Shown here piece by piece: positions 1 to 13,880 of a stretch of 64,000 bases of DNA. Positions within the stretch are counted from its first letter, which is position 1. Every line of letters begins with the position of its first letter. Origin of the DNA: Elsinoe ampelina (Eukaryota); contig ML992505.1 of assembly GCA_010093995.1 (NCBI GenBank), forward strand, positions 164,921 through 228,920. The letters are read 5' to 3'. The notes beneath the pieces are model-generated. The model saw nothing but the letters and a program-made list of their open reading frames with translations, searched no databases and had not been told where the DNA came from. The position numbers and the translations under genes were made by a program.

Positions 1-47
1 CTTAATAAATAGACGTAATTAACCTCTTATCTTACTAGTTGTAATTA
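1..47 (+). repeat. 3' end of the 5' LTR of the outer Gypsy element
   Basis: cttaataaatagacgtaattaacctcttatcttactagttgtaatta matches 13061-13107 with transition differences only. Confidence 0.85.
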
Positions 48-3000
48 CTATATCGAGACTTTAAAACAACTACGACTAAGCAATAGATCTATTAAACTAT
101 CTAGTTATTCTACTACTTATATAACTACTAATAACTACTACTTATAAAGAATTAAAGAATTAAAGAAGAAGCTATTATAACTATAGTTCCTACGTACACT
201 ATAATAGATCCTCGCTACTACTATATAGGTTAATACTACAAACTTTAAAGATATAAGAAGAAGGTAATAAGTCGAGTTATAGACGACTCTTAAAGGAAGT
301 AGACTACTAGCTAAAAATTTTAATATTCTCTTTATTACGTATTAACGTTTTATACTATTTTATTTACAACTAACTACGCTAAGTATAGCTTAATCTAACT
401 ATAGCAACGAAGAGCGCTACTAAAGTAAGCTACCTTAATCTATCTCTAATAATAATAATGCCTCTATCTACTCTCTCTACTATAATCTTTTTACCCTCTC
501 TAACGCTATACTCCTTAAGAAGCTATAGAAAGAGCATAGTATATAGGCACTAAGAGATGTATTTAACTATATCGAGTCCTTCTATAATAAGTAGACTACA
601 TAGGTAAAAGGCACTTATACTAACGCTCTCTACTATTACTATAAGTTAGATACTACTTAGGCCTAGCTTAGTAACCTCTAATCTAAACTAGATATATCTT
701 AGTCCTATACTAATAGCGTTACTACCTAAGCTACTTACTACCTAGACAAAATCTAAAAGCTTAAGGCTAAGGTAAACTAACTAAGAAACAAGATAGAGCG
801 TAGTATACTAGCCCTTTCTATATATAGCTCTACCTTATTAGAAAAGATACTAGACTCTACTATCTTTAGTATAGGTACACTAGAGCAGTTTAAGGTCTTT
901 AAGCACTAGATAAGAAATAAGATATATACTAATATAGATTATTTCTCTATAAGAGACACCTAGTTTACCTATCTATACTTATACCTCTCTAGAGAAGCCT
1001 ATACCCTTATTATAGACTTAGCTAGTAATAACGTTATTAGCGTCGAAGAGGTCTTTACTCTCCTAGCCTAGCGCTTTAAGAATCCTAACTATAGAGCTAC
1101 TATATATACTTAGTTCGCTAACCTCTTCTAGTATAATAGCATATTTAACTCCTTTATTAGTAAGTTTAATAAGTACGCCCTTTACGCTAAGATTGCTAAA
1201 GAGGAGTAGCTATACTAGATCTATTAGAAGATATCTAATAAGCTATGCGATGCTTTAGTTAACTACGATACTAATAACCTTACTACCTTTATTACTAAGG
1301 CCTATACTACTAACTATAATATTCAATAGAATAACCTTATTACTAAGCGCACTTAGGCTTTACGTTCTATGCTAGCTATAAGCTACGCTACTACTATACC
1401 TACTTATATACCTTATTCTACCTCTACGCCTATAGCTCTACCTACCTTCTACTCTATTACTAGAGGTGCTTTATAGCCTTTCCGTCCGGCTCTAGTACTT
1501 ACCTATTACGTATATAGTAAGCCTAGATATATCTCTACTAAGTATATAGCTAGCGCCTTAGAGAAGGCTACTTACGCCGCTATATACCCCGTACGTATTA
1601 GCGCTATAGAGGAGATATAGTAGCTTTAGAATTGCTTAGCTAAATTAAGTAACTAGGTCGACACTAGTTCGGCCTACGAACTAGATCTAGTTTAGCTTTA
1701 GTTTAACCTCGAAATAGACTATAAGTTTACTAGCTACTCTAGCTAGAGAAATAAGTAGCTAGAGGACAAGTTCTATTCTCTAGTAGAACAAGGGCAATTC
1801 GAGATAGATCCGGAGGTATATAGTTACTAAATAGCATTATTAGCTACTATATCCCTGCTATTATAACTCCTATCACTATTTACGACCCTTATAACTACTC
1901 TTACACTATTATACTTTAAGCCTTTATCGACACTAGCGCGCTTATTAGCGCTATAGTTAATTATAATGTTCTTAATAAGCTAAAGAGCTTCGGCTACCCC
2001 GTAGTACTAGCTAGTCCTATTTAGCTTTAAGCCTATAATAGTATTCTAATAGAGCAAGTTATATATAGTATTCCCTTTACTACTACTGTTTCTAGTAAGC
2101 TAAACAACCTTACTACCTTTTATATTATAGATATTAGCTAATTCGACATTATTCTTAGCCTTAGTTAGCTTAAGGCTAATAGGGCTACTATCGATTATAA
2201 ACATAGCTAATTTATATATAAAGGAGAGTTTTTACTAGTCGTTATTAAGTAGGAGCTACTATAGCTAATTAAAGAACTAGGATCTAGATCTAAGCCTAGC
2301 TCGGATCTAGAAACCTAGCTCGGTAAAGCTACTACTCTAGTTTAGAACTAGTTTAGTTCTAGTCTAACTTACAAACTAAGGTCTAGCTTAGCTACTAAGT
2401 TAGGACAAACTAAACTATATTAGCTACTAGCTCTTAGGTCGAACTTTAAGCTAAATTAGAGAGAGTTTAAGCTAATCTCCTATAGTACTTAGTTAATGTA
2501 TAAGTTCTTCTATATACCTACCTACGTAATTAACGCTAAATAAGAAGAGCTAACTATTACCTTTATTAGCGTAGCTATCTTTATATTAGTAGCTAAATAC
2601 TAAGAGAATAAGGTATTTACAATCTTAGTAAAGAATATTAAAGACTACTACTAGATAATCTCTAAGCTAGAACTAGATTCTATAGTAGTTCTCCTAGAGG
2701 AGTTATAGAAGTTTACTAATATCTTCTCTAAAGAATAATCTAATATGCTCCCTTAGTATCGGCTAGATTTTAATAACTGTATTATACTTAAAGATAGTAC
2801 TAAGCTACTATATATAGAGCCTTTATACCGCCTATTGCTAGAAGAACTTAATATAGTAGAATAATTCATCTAAGAATATCTTAATAAAGGCTTTATTATA
2901 CTAAGTTCCGCTAGCTATTTCTTACCTATTCTCTTTATTTATAAGCTAGGTAGAGGTCTCTACCTCTACGTCGATTACTATAGCCTTAATAAGGTAACTA

Positions 3001-5147
3001 AGTAAGATATCTATCTACTACCCCTTATTAAAGAAACACTTACGCGCGTAAGTAAGGCTAAATAGTTTAGTAAGATCGACATCTATTAAGCCTTCTACTG
3101 CCTCTATAACTCTATTAATAGTAAGGATCTAACTATATTCTCTATACGCATAGGCAACTTTAAGTAGTTAGTAATGCCTTTTAGCCTTACTAACGCCTCT
3201 ATAGTCTAGTAGAGGTTTATAAATTATAACTTCGTCGATATACTAGAGCGCTTTATATCGATCTATCTAGATAATATTCTTATCTACACTAATAGTACTT
3301 ACTAAGAGTACGCTAAGCATATTAAGCTTATACTCTAGAGGCTCTATAAATTAGGCCTAAACGCTAATATTAAGAAGAGTAAGTTCTACCTAATAGAGGT
3401 AAAGTATCTTAGTATTATTATTAGCTAGAATAGAGTTAAAATAGATCTAAAGAAGATAGAAGTTATATAAGCCTAGAAACAGCTAGCTCCTAGTAATACT
3501 ACTTAGGTAAGAAGCTTTATTAGTTTCTATAGCTACTATCGCTACTTTATTAAGGAATTTAGCACTATTACTAAGCTACTAAATAATCTCCTTAAGAAGG
3601 ACGCTATACTATAGAACAATAAGTATACTACTATATTTAACTATATAAAGTACACTATTATAAGTATACCTATCCTTATATACTTCGATTGCTCGAAGTA
3701 GATAGTTCTTAAGACTAATACCTCCGACACTACTACTACTAGAATTCTATCGTAATATAATAAGTCTAACGTTCTTTAGCCTATTATCTTTTTTAGTAAA
3801 TCTATAAATAAAGCTAAATATAACTACGCTATCTACGATAAGGAACTACTAGTAATTGTCTAAGCCTTTAAGGAATAAGCCTCTAAGCTTATAAGCACTT
3901 AATTTAATAAGGCTATCTATGTCCTTACTAACTACTAATTCTTAATACACTTTATAAAGACTTAGAAGCTATTACGCTACTAAGTATGCTAGGCTCTCTA
4001 CCTTATATAGTTTAACTTTAAGATTATATATAGGCCTAGCGCCGCTAATAGTAAGGCTAACGCACTTATAAGGAGAAATAGAGATATACTATATTTAAGA
4101 GAAGACTCTAATCTACGCTAGACGCTACTACTACATAAGGTGCTAGATTAGCGTATTATTAACAAACTAAATCCAGGTTATATCCGAACTAGATTACTAA
4201 TCTAAGCTAAACTAAGATCTAGTTTAGTATCTAGTTCGCGGACTAGTTTACTATCTAGTTTATTACCGATTTTACCTTCTATTTTACTACCTATATTAGC
4301 GCCTATTTCGGCTACTAAACTAGGTATCTACGTAGTATCTATCTTAGCTATAGAAGAACCTTTATCCCTTTTCGAAGAAGTAGCTAAAGCTAACTTATAA
4401 GACGCTAAGTGCAAAATAGTTAGAGGCATCTACTATATAATAGAGGCCTTTCTAAAGAGGAAATAGCTGCCGTTAACTAATGTTACTATTAATAAAGGGA
4501 TATTATAGGTCGCCGGCTAACTATTTGTGCTGTAGTTAATAGCCGCAAAGGTTATCTAAGAAGTCTATACATCGAAGGACTATATATATAGAGGAGCTAC
4601 TAAAATAGCTACTATAATTAAGACTACCTTTTATATCCTAAGCTATAATAACTTTATTAAGAGGTTCGTCGCTAACTATTATAACTATAAGTACTTAAAG
4701 GCTCGCTATAGCTTACTAGCTAGCCTCCTATTACTATTGCCTATTCTAGTAAGACCTTAGTAATATATTACTATAGACTTCGTTACTAGCCTACCTCTAG
4801 TAGATAGCTATAACGTAGTACTATATATTATTAATCGCTTATCTAAGAAGCGACACTTAATCTTTTACTTCTAGGGAGAAGAAGAAACCTCTATGTTTAA
4901 GATAGCTAAGCTATTATTCTTCTACGTGTAGAAACTACATAGCCTACTAGATAGTATTACCTCTAACTACGGCCCTTAGTTCGTTAGCGATATATAGAAG
5001 AGGCTCTACTAGATCCTAAAGATTATAGCTAAGCTATCTACCGCCGGCTACTCTTAAATAGATAGCTAATTAGAAGTTATAAACTAAGAGTTTAAACGAG
5101 TTATTTAATTCTATATAATATAGTTTAGTAATTAAACTCTTATTCTA

Positions 5148-5378
5148 TATTAGGGGTAGATTATATTAATACTAGTAAGTATATATAATAATTAACTTAT
5201 AGTAGTATAAGGATAGCTCTTAATTAGTAGTACGAATAATACTTAAGAAAGCTAACTTCCTTAGCTAGTATATAGCAAGATTAGAGCCTACATGTATAGG
5301 CTATCTAAAGCTAGCTAGACTCTAGATCCTTACACCTAATTAGAAGCTTATACCTTATCCCTAAAAATCTCTATAATA
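5148..5378 (-). repeat. 3' LTR of the nested Gypsy element (231 bp)
   Basis: Direct repeat of 11913-12143; TA...TA ends consistent with RIP-mutated TG...CA; adjacent PPT complement ttacctccttctc. Confidence 0.93.
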
Positions 5379-8300
5379 TTACCTCCTTCTCTAAGCTAAT
5401 GTCCTTAGTAGCTAGCCTCGATAAAAACCTATTAGCCTTTATAACTATTATAGGAAAAGAGTGTCTAGTATTGCTACTTTATCTACTTATATCCCTTATA
5501 TGATTTTTGCGTAGTTCGTATACAATTAGTAAGGTTATTATAGCTTTATCGCTTCTAGAAAGGTAGGTAATATATGCTTTATTTAGGCTTTATTTAGAAT
5601 TTTTGCCTCCTAGGCCCTTAGTGCTAGAACTACCTTTGTTATATAGGACAATAATAATAAATATAGCTAGAATATATTTCTATAACGCGCCTATACTTCT
5701 TAACTTCCTTAATAATACTTATTATATATACTGCACCTTCTTTGCCTATTATAGTTACCTTTAGTAGACTAATATATATTAGCTCTACTACTCTTAGTTA
5801 CGCCTATAACTATACTTTCTGCTACTAAGTTACTTATAATATAACTACGCCCTATACGCTAACTTATATATACTATATATATAAGATTATAAAGTATAGT
5901 ATAGTTTATAGTAGGCTAGACCTTAAGAGGTATAACTACTATACTAGAGGTAATAGATCTTTCTATACTCTAGTAAGAACTTTACTAAGTAATACTCTCC
6001 TATAACATTACTAATATACTTAGGTTCCTATTATATTTAATAGTTGTATTAAGCGTATATACTAGTTCTACGATACCTATATCTAGGCTATTAATACTAG
6101 TACCTTTCCTAGGAATAGAAGGAGCTAAGACTCTACTATCTAGCGTATAGGCTTAGCTCTTACATACGCCTAGCGTACTCTTACCTAGTAGCTTAAGCAT
6201 TATAGGCGTATTATAGCTCTTAGGGGAAATCCCTTAGAAATGTTAACTAAGGTACCTAAGTCTAGCCCTAACATAGAGAGGCTATAGCTATTAGAGCAGA
6301 GAAGAATTACTAATGTCCTAGAATAGATAGCTATTTAGTAGTTTAGCTATATAAGTTTATACTCTACTTACTTCTAGTTTATATACTAATAGCTAGAATA
6401 GCCTAGTCCTCTTAGGTTTAGTAGTAGTGCTCCTAGTAGTAGGCCTTATCTACACTTTAGGCCTAGTAGTAGTCCTAGGGGTAGTAGTAGTAGTAGAGGT
6501 AAAGGTAATAGAGGTAATAGTAATAGAGGTAATAGTAGCAAGGGTAGTAGTATAAGTTTATACCTACCTATTACCTACATCGTATACTAATATCGTAGCT
6601 AGGGTAGTAGAGGTAGTAATAATAGTAATAGAGATAGGGATAGCCCTAGCTCTAATAGAGATAGAGAGAATAGGGAGAATAGAGATAATAAGGATAATAA
6701 AGAGTTTAGTAGTTTAAGTAATAAAGATACTAATAACTAGATAGATGTAGTATAATTGCTATTATATATTATATTAATCGCTTACTAATAGCATAGCTAG
6801 GATAAAGAGAATAACTTAGATGTTATTATTAATAAAGATAAGAATAATAAGTAGTTATCGCGCTTATCGCTTATAAGTTAGCTATATAAAGCATATATAG
6901 TATAGGTGTTTCTAGCGTTATTCTTATAAAGATACTAGGCTAAAGAGCTATAGATAGAAATAGATAGTCTTAATCCTTAAGCTAATATTCCTATTAAAGT
7001 TATAAAGCTAAAGTCTCTAGTGCTAAGTATCTTGTTATAAGTATATAATAGTATTACTACGAGTTATCTACTATTTACTACTAAGTTGCTTATTCTTCTC
7101 TTAACCCTAGCTATGCTTACTACTTTCTCTAAACTCCCTTAATAAGTCGTCTATCTCCTTAAAGTTCTTTTCCTTTATCTATAAGCTCTTAGTCTTATTA
7201 TACCCTTCTTACTTAAGTAGATATTTCTTCTTCCCCGCGCGTGTAGTATACTCTATAAGGATCTTCTCTATATACTAAACTTGTTCTCTATCTTCTACTA
7301 ACTCTAGGGCCCTTATATTTAGTAATTCTTCCTCTTCCCTAGAGTAGAAGAGCTCTAGAAGAGATATATAAAATACATCGTATATATAATAAGAGCTTAG
7401 TAGCTATAGGCGATATGCCTAAGAGTTAATTGCTTCTTTAATACAAAATAGACCTACGAATTTGTCTATTAGCTTTCTACTTAGGGCTTTAAGCTTAAGG
7501 TTCTTTATGTTTAGCTATACTAAGTTCTTTAGCTTAAACTTTATTAGGGTATACCTCTTATTATAGTACCGGGTTTAATACTCGGCTATAGCCTTTAAGT
7601 GCTCTTAAAGATTTACTTATAGTATATATATGTTTTATACTTGTCGTATAGCTACTAGTACCTCTCTCTCTAGCTGCCTATCCTTAGGCGAGTTATAGAG
7701 AATTAGGTACTTTCCTAGAACAACAAAGAATAAAGTTTCCTTTGTTACTATATATATTAAGTTATTATATACAAATTTAGCTATATAAAGCAAATTTAGC
7801 TAGTCTTTAGAATACTCTCCTATAAATACCTAGAGGTAGTATTCGAGTGTCTAATTCTAGTATTCTATTTGCCTATTAGTTTATAGATAGAAAGCTATAC
7901 TTAACCTACGCTTTACCTATAGTTAATAGCAAATTTTAGTCTAGAACTAGCTTATAAACAGAGATCCTCTATCTAACATAATTCCTTTCTATACACTATA
8001 TTTACAAATTACATACTTAAAGTAGACATCTATAAAGTCCTTTATAGTCTATATCTCCTTAGCTATAATATAGATTACTAGCTTTAATAATCTATTATAG
8101 ATTACTAAGATTACATTATATGTACTACTATTATATATTATAGAGGGGAGCTTTATAATAAAGTCTAGTATAACTTCTTTAAAGATATTAGAAGGAATAG
8201 GTAGAGATAATAGCTTACTATATAGTATATACCTTAGTACTTTTAACCTTTAGCACGTGTTATATGTCTTAATATACTTACGTACTTCCTAATCTAATAA

Positions 8301-11300
8301 TAGCTAGTAGTAGTGTCTACTAATTAGATTATGCATTCTTATAGCGCTATAGTAGCTAGCTATACGAGAGTTATAGTATTAATATAAGATTTCTTGTCTT
8401 AGACTTAGTTTATTAGAAACATAGAGCTTGCTCTTATATATAAGAGTTCTATCTTTACGTTTATACTATACTAGTAACTTCTTGCTACTTTAGGTATGCT
8501 CTTTCTACTCTAGATCGGCTATGCGCTTTAAAGTAAAAGCGTCCCTCTACTAAAGTATATAGATAGTCTATAATATTAAAGTATCCCCTACTAATGTAAG
8601 TTTGCTAGTAATAAGCACTCTTACTAGATAGTATAGTACGTATAGTATATATTCTATAGCACTAGTAGTTAGGCTAGATCTACGTTTATAGGTTATAGGC
8701 TATCGACCTATAATCTCTAAGCTATGCTCGGGGTTAGAGCTAATCCTACTAATAAGTTACACCCTTATAGTAACTAGATCTAATCCTAGTTTACTTGCTA
8801 AGTTTAGCTTATATTATAAAGTAGAGAGTAATCTTATAAGCGCGTAGTTCTCCTTAAAGTAGTCTACTTTTCTTAAGGGCCTATTAGCTAGATTTAACTT
8901 ACTAGGGTAGTGCTAGACTTTAAAGTTAAAGGCTTCTAGGTAGAACGCCTATTACGCCTAGCGTAGGTTAAGCTTACTTATGTCGTATATGTCTCGTAGG
9001 TTATTATAGTCACTTAGAACCTGTATAGTATACTAAGTACCCTTAAGGTAGTAACGCTACTACTTAAAGCAATAGATAATTATATATAGTTCTTAGTTAT
9101 ATACCTCCTAGATACGCTCTACTCCCTAAAGCTTCTTAGAGATAAAGGCAACTAGGTGCTATTTCTCGTCTTTATATAGCTAGGAGAGAATACCTACTAC
9201 TATAAAGGTCGATATATCTATCTCTAGACGTATCGGTAGCTAGGGGTCGAAATGTTATAGTAAAGGCGCTTCTATAAAGTACGCTTTAAGCTAAATAAAG
9301 CTAGCTTCTATAGCTTCTAGCTATATAAAGGTAGATTACTTCTTCTTTAGGAGATCTATTATAGGGGCTATTAGTTTAACATAATTCTAAATAAATCTAT
9401 AATAGAATTTAGTAAAGCTAAGGAATAACTAAAGCTCCTTAATGCTAGTCGGTTAAGGCTATCTAGAGATAGTTACTACTTGCGTAGGATTAGTATAGAC
9501 ACCTTACGTGTCTATAATAAACCTTAAGAAGGATATCTACTTTATAGCAAAGATATACTTAAACAGATTTATAAACAGTTTAGCCTATCTTAACTGTTTA
9601 AGAATAGCGCTTACTACTTGCTAGTAGACATCTAGATCTTCGCTATAAGTATAGATAAGAATATTATCTAGGTATACTATATATAGATAGTCTACTAATT
9701 CTCTAAGAGTCTAGTTAATATAGGCCTAGAAGGTAGTAGGCGCATTAGTAAGCCTAAAAGGCATAACTAGGTATTTAAAATAGCTATAATGTGTTCTAAA
9801 GGTAGTCTTCTACTTATCTTCTAGGCTAATATAGATTCTATTATAAGCATCCTTTAGATCTAGAGTTATATAGTAACATATGCCTAATAGGTAGTCTAGC
9901 GTCTTACTAATTAAGGGAAGTAGGTAATAATCCTTTATAGTAACGGAGTTAAGGCCCCTATAGTTAATATATAAACGAAGAGTGCTATTCTTCTTTAGCA
10001 TAAATAGGATAGGTGCTCCTACTAGGCTTGTACTATAACGAATCTAGCCCTTCTTAAGTGTATCTTCGAGGTATAATTATAGTACCTTAAGCTCTTATAA
10101 AGAGAAGTTATAGAGCGGACTATAAGGTAGCTCCTTACCTAGTAGAATAGGAATTTAATAATTCTCTTCTTTAGTAGTAGGTAGGATTTTAGTAGTATCG
10201 GTGTTAAAGATGTCCTAGTAGTTTAATAATATATCTAGTACTTAATTTTCCTAGGAGACACTAGCGATTTAGACGCGGGCGACAACTTTCTCGCCTTAGG
10301 GATTACTATAAACTACGCCTAAGAAGTATATATAGCTCTTCTCTTATTCTAGCTACTAGATTATTACTATCTAGATGCGTAACTCGTCTTTAATGCTCTA
10401 AGCCTAAGTCTACTATCTATAGTCTAGCTATATAGCTTCTCTTTATAAGAAGGAGTTACCTAAGAGTAGCTCTAGCTCTTCTTTGTCTACTTTATAAGTA
10501 ATAGTTTTAACTCGGTATATTACGCCTCGGTTGTTAGTAAGTACTACCTATATCTTATATATAGTATATATAGCTTTTCTTTCTAACTCTACCTAGGCTA
10601 GTTAAGGTAGGTTACTTAGTACTAAGTTAAGGTTTATCTTAATTACTATATGCTAGCTAATAAGACTAACCTCTACTTAAGAATCTAGAATAACTCCTAC
10701 CTTATAGTTAACTCTAGTTATTCCTATTATAATATAGATATAATATATCCCTAGTAAAATGTTAATAGCTTTATACCTTATAGTTCCGAAGGTAACTATA
10801 AAGCTTAGCCTTTTCCCTAGGCCTATCTTACGTAAGTAATAGGCTTCTTATTAGTGTCTAAGAGTTAGGCTTTCTTTCTACACTTATTTACGTAGTAGCT
10901 TATCTTCTTATAGAAGTAGTATTTAACTTCTAACTTATAGGAGAAGTCTTTCTTAGGGGCTAACTTCTCTTTATATTAATCCTTATATTATAGCTTTTAG
11001 CTATGTCTAGCTAAGTAATTATAATAGTTCTATAGCTTGCCTATGCTCTATAGGTTATACTCTAGCGTAGATCTTAAGATAATAAGACCTTCTCTTGTTA
11101 GAGGCATAGTATAGTAGTTTATAATTGCTTACTAAAGTTTAGAGTAGAGTTTTAAAAACAGGTACTATATATAGTGCTTCTCTAAGTAGAGGGGTAGCTA
11201 GTCCTTAATTGTTTCTAAATAGGTAGCGAAGGCCCTAATACTCTATCTAGAAAGTTATAGCGTAGTAGTATATATAGTAGTTGCTTCTAGAGTGTAATTA

Positions 11301-11912
11301 ATAGGATTAGAGAGCATATCTAGTAGAAAGGTCTTAAATTAGCCCTAGGTATACGATTTTATAAGCGGCTTATACTCTATATAAGAGTACTATACTTCGC
11401 GTAGGTCTTCTATAAGATACTAGCTTACCTAAGTAACCTTCTCTTATTCTAACTAGAAGTTCTCTAGAGTAAGCTAGAAGGCTATTTTATAGCTCTAAGT
11501 AAATTCCTTATGTTCCCTTAGGTATTTCCCTTTATATTCTCTAGGATTCTTTAGCCTTATACTATACTTCGTATATAAAGGTTCTATATCTTAAGAGGCA
11601 TAGCGCTTATAACTTCTAGCTGCTAATCTTGTTCCTATATTGCTTTAGATCTTAATACTATCTAGATTTACTTCTCTCTTAAGGAGAGTAATTTATTCCT
11701 TAATCTATTAGAGAGTTTATTCCTATAGGAGATAATCCCTTTACTATTCTATATCGTAGATATACTTCTTAAGCGAGGTAGTTACTACTAGTAGTTCTCT
11801 CGAAGTAGTTATAGAGGTTCCTATACCCTTCTTATTGCTAATAGAGCCTAACTATGTCCTTGTAATAGCTATCCTTAGACTACTTCCTAAGTAGAGTAAG
11901 GAAGTATTATTA

Positions 11913-12143
11913 TATTAGGGGTAGATTATATTAATACTAGTAAGTATATATAATAATTAACTTATAGTAGTATAAGGATAGCTCTTAATTAGTAGTACAA
12001 ATAATACTTAAGGAAACTAACTTCCTCAACTAGTACATAGTAAGATTAGAGCCTACACATATAGGCTATCTAAAGCTAGCTAGACTCTAGATTCTTATAC
12101 CTAATTAGAAGCTTGCACCTTATCCCTAAAAATCCCTATAATA
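11913..12143 (-). repeat. 5' LTR of the nested Gypsy element (231 bp)
   Basis: Direct repeat of 5148-5378; followed by the TSD copy TTCTA. Confidence 0.93.
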
Positions 12144-12904
12144 TTCTACTAGTTATAGAGTTCTCTATAAACGCTAACCCCTCGAAAAGCACTAAGCTAT
12201 TGCTATTTAAGGTAACTAGAGGATATAAGCTAAGAATAAGCTTTTAGCCCTCTACTAATATACTATTAATAAGAGCTAAGCTTAATAAGGCCGAAATTCG
12301 CGCGCTTACTAAATAACTAAAAGAAGCCCTTACTATTACTAAAGCTAACCTTACTATCGCTTAGTTACGAATAGTAGAGTAAGCTAATAAACACTACTAG
12401 CTAATAGAGTTTAAAGCTAGCGATTTAGTATAGTTATCGACGAAAAACCTTCGGCTATAGAGTAATACGAAACTACTACTAAAGTATATTAGTTCTTATA
12501 AGATCCTCGAAAAATAGTTACTATTAGTATATAAGCTTAATCTACTAGCTACGCTATAAAGGATCTACTTTGTGTTCTATACTAACCTTCTTACTAAGTA
12601 TCTAAATAACTCTCTACTAGGCTAAGCCTTTAAGGAACTACCTCTAGTAGAGATCGATAGTAAGGAAGAGTATAAGGTAGATAATATAATTAATATACAC
12701 TTGCTATAAGGGAAGCTAGTTACTTATATAAGCTAGAAGAGCTATCTAGAGGATCTTACCTAGTAGCTAATTAACAATCTTAAAGGAGTAGCTAACATAC
12801 TACGTAACTATCTAGACTCTTATATAGATAAGCTAAGGCCGAAATAGATTAATAAATAATGTATAATAGTGTTTAAGGGTAAATACACTTAAGAGAGAGA
12901 GTAG

Positions 12905-13107
12905 TAATACGAGATAGATACGAACTAGATTTAGTTAGGATCTAGTTTAGATTAGTTACGTAATCTTAGTATTATAGCCTAGACTTCTAGCCGCTCTACT
13001 CTCGATATTATATATGCTTTATATACTAGCTTTTCTTCTTCTTCTTCTAAGTCTTAATATCTTAACGAATAGACGTAATTAACCTCTTATCTTGCTAGTC
13101 GTAATTA
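12905..13107 (+). repeat. 3' LTR of the outer Gypsy element (~203 bp)
   Basis: Follows the purine tract aagagagagagtag; its 3' end matches bases 1-47. The start position is inferred from the PPT. Confidence 0.75.
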
Positions 13108-13880
13108 AATATAGTATAGAGAGAGCCTAAATTTATCTAGTTTAGTACTAATAGTACTTACTCTTTGCTCTATAGTAATAGTGTATTAATAATAGTACTT
13201 TATAAAATCTTTATAGTACCTTTAGGTGTTATAACTTGTTATAATTACCTTATTAAGGTTATAGATAGCTATATATAGCTTATATAAAACAACAAGTTTA
13301 AATATAGCTTTAATAGTATCTAGAAGTTCCTTTAAAGTCTTCTAAGTTATACTATAGTAAGGTCTAATAGATTTATAAATCCTTATTATAATAACACTAT
13401 AAGTAATTCTATTATTCTTATACTAGGTCTTATTCCTAACCTTATAGACTGCCTTAGTGCCTTTACTAGTATCTAGAGCTAGTTCTTTAGGCTTTATAAC
13501 TACTAGTATCTAGTTAATACTATAAATTATATATCTAAGTATATCCTTTTTAAGGAGAGCTACCTTAAAGGTTAATTTCTAAGTATTATAGTTACTCTCT
13601 CTCTTAAGAATCTAAGTTTTAAGCATTTTTACTAATCTAGACATAATAATAGTAATTAGCTAAAGGCCTATTAATTTAATTAGTGTAATTAGCTTATTTA
13701 AGCCGTTTAAGCTGTTTAATTAAAGGGTTAATGCGGGCTACTATAAGTATTTATCTTAATATAGCTAGTCTAGAATTTAGTATAGGTAGCTTAGTAATCC
13801 TTTTAATAATAACATGCTTAATTTGCTATAGCTTTAAGTGCTTTTGTAGAAGCGCCGGGCTTATAACCTGTTATAACTAG
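13108..13880. repeat. RIP-degraded repeat relic of unknown class
   Basis: TpA-rich, CpA/TpG-poor sequence outside the LTR; no recognisable protein motif. Confidence 0.5.

Larger units (their letters stand above)
5148..12143 (-). mobile_element. Complete RIP-degenerate Ty3/Gypsy chromovirus nested in the outer element
   Basis: Direct 231-bp LTRs and a TTCTA TSD (5143-5147, 12144-12148). Minus-strand motifs: CCHC knuckle (~10879-10925), protease DSG-like (~10670-10695), RT (residual ORF 9810-10001; YLDD ~9661-9680), RNase H ETDAS (~9204-9227), integrase LDFI (~8155-8175), GPF region (~7380-7500), chromodomain (~7130-7300). PPT complement at 5379-5391. Confidence 0.95.
1..13107 (+). mobile_element. 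RIP-degenerate Ty3/Gypsy (chromovirus) LTR retrotransposon, outer element; 5' LTR cut by the window edge; interrupted by a nested element at 5148-12143
   Basis: After reversing C>T/G>A changes, motifs appear in Gypsy order: CCHC knuckle (~1501-1546), protease DTG (~1920-1945), RT IYLDDILIY (~3261-3287), RNase H ETDASD (~3711) and NYAIYDKELL (~3822-3851), integrase MDFVTGLP (~4773) and HPQTDGQ (~5050), GPY region (~12490), chromodomain (~12665-12800), purine tract (~12891-12904). Bases 1-47 recur at 13061-13107. Confidence 0.93.

Noticed and set aside
2280..2460. Short imperfect repeats (gatctag/cctagctcgg) resembling an array
   Set aside because: Low-complexity linker inside RIP-mutated pol; no constant repeat-spacer period, and the DNA is eukaryotic, so not CRISPR.
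9810..10001. 63-aa ORF in the AT-rich block
   Set aside because: A stop-free remnant of the nested element's reverse transcriptase, not a gene.
1..13880. Possible centromere or alternative genetic code (dense TAA/TAG)
   Set aside because: The stops are explained by RIP transitions; centromere status cannot be judged from this window.
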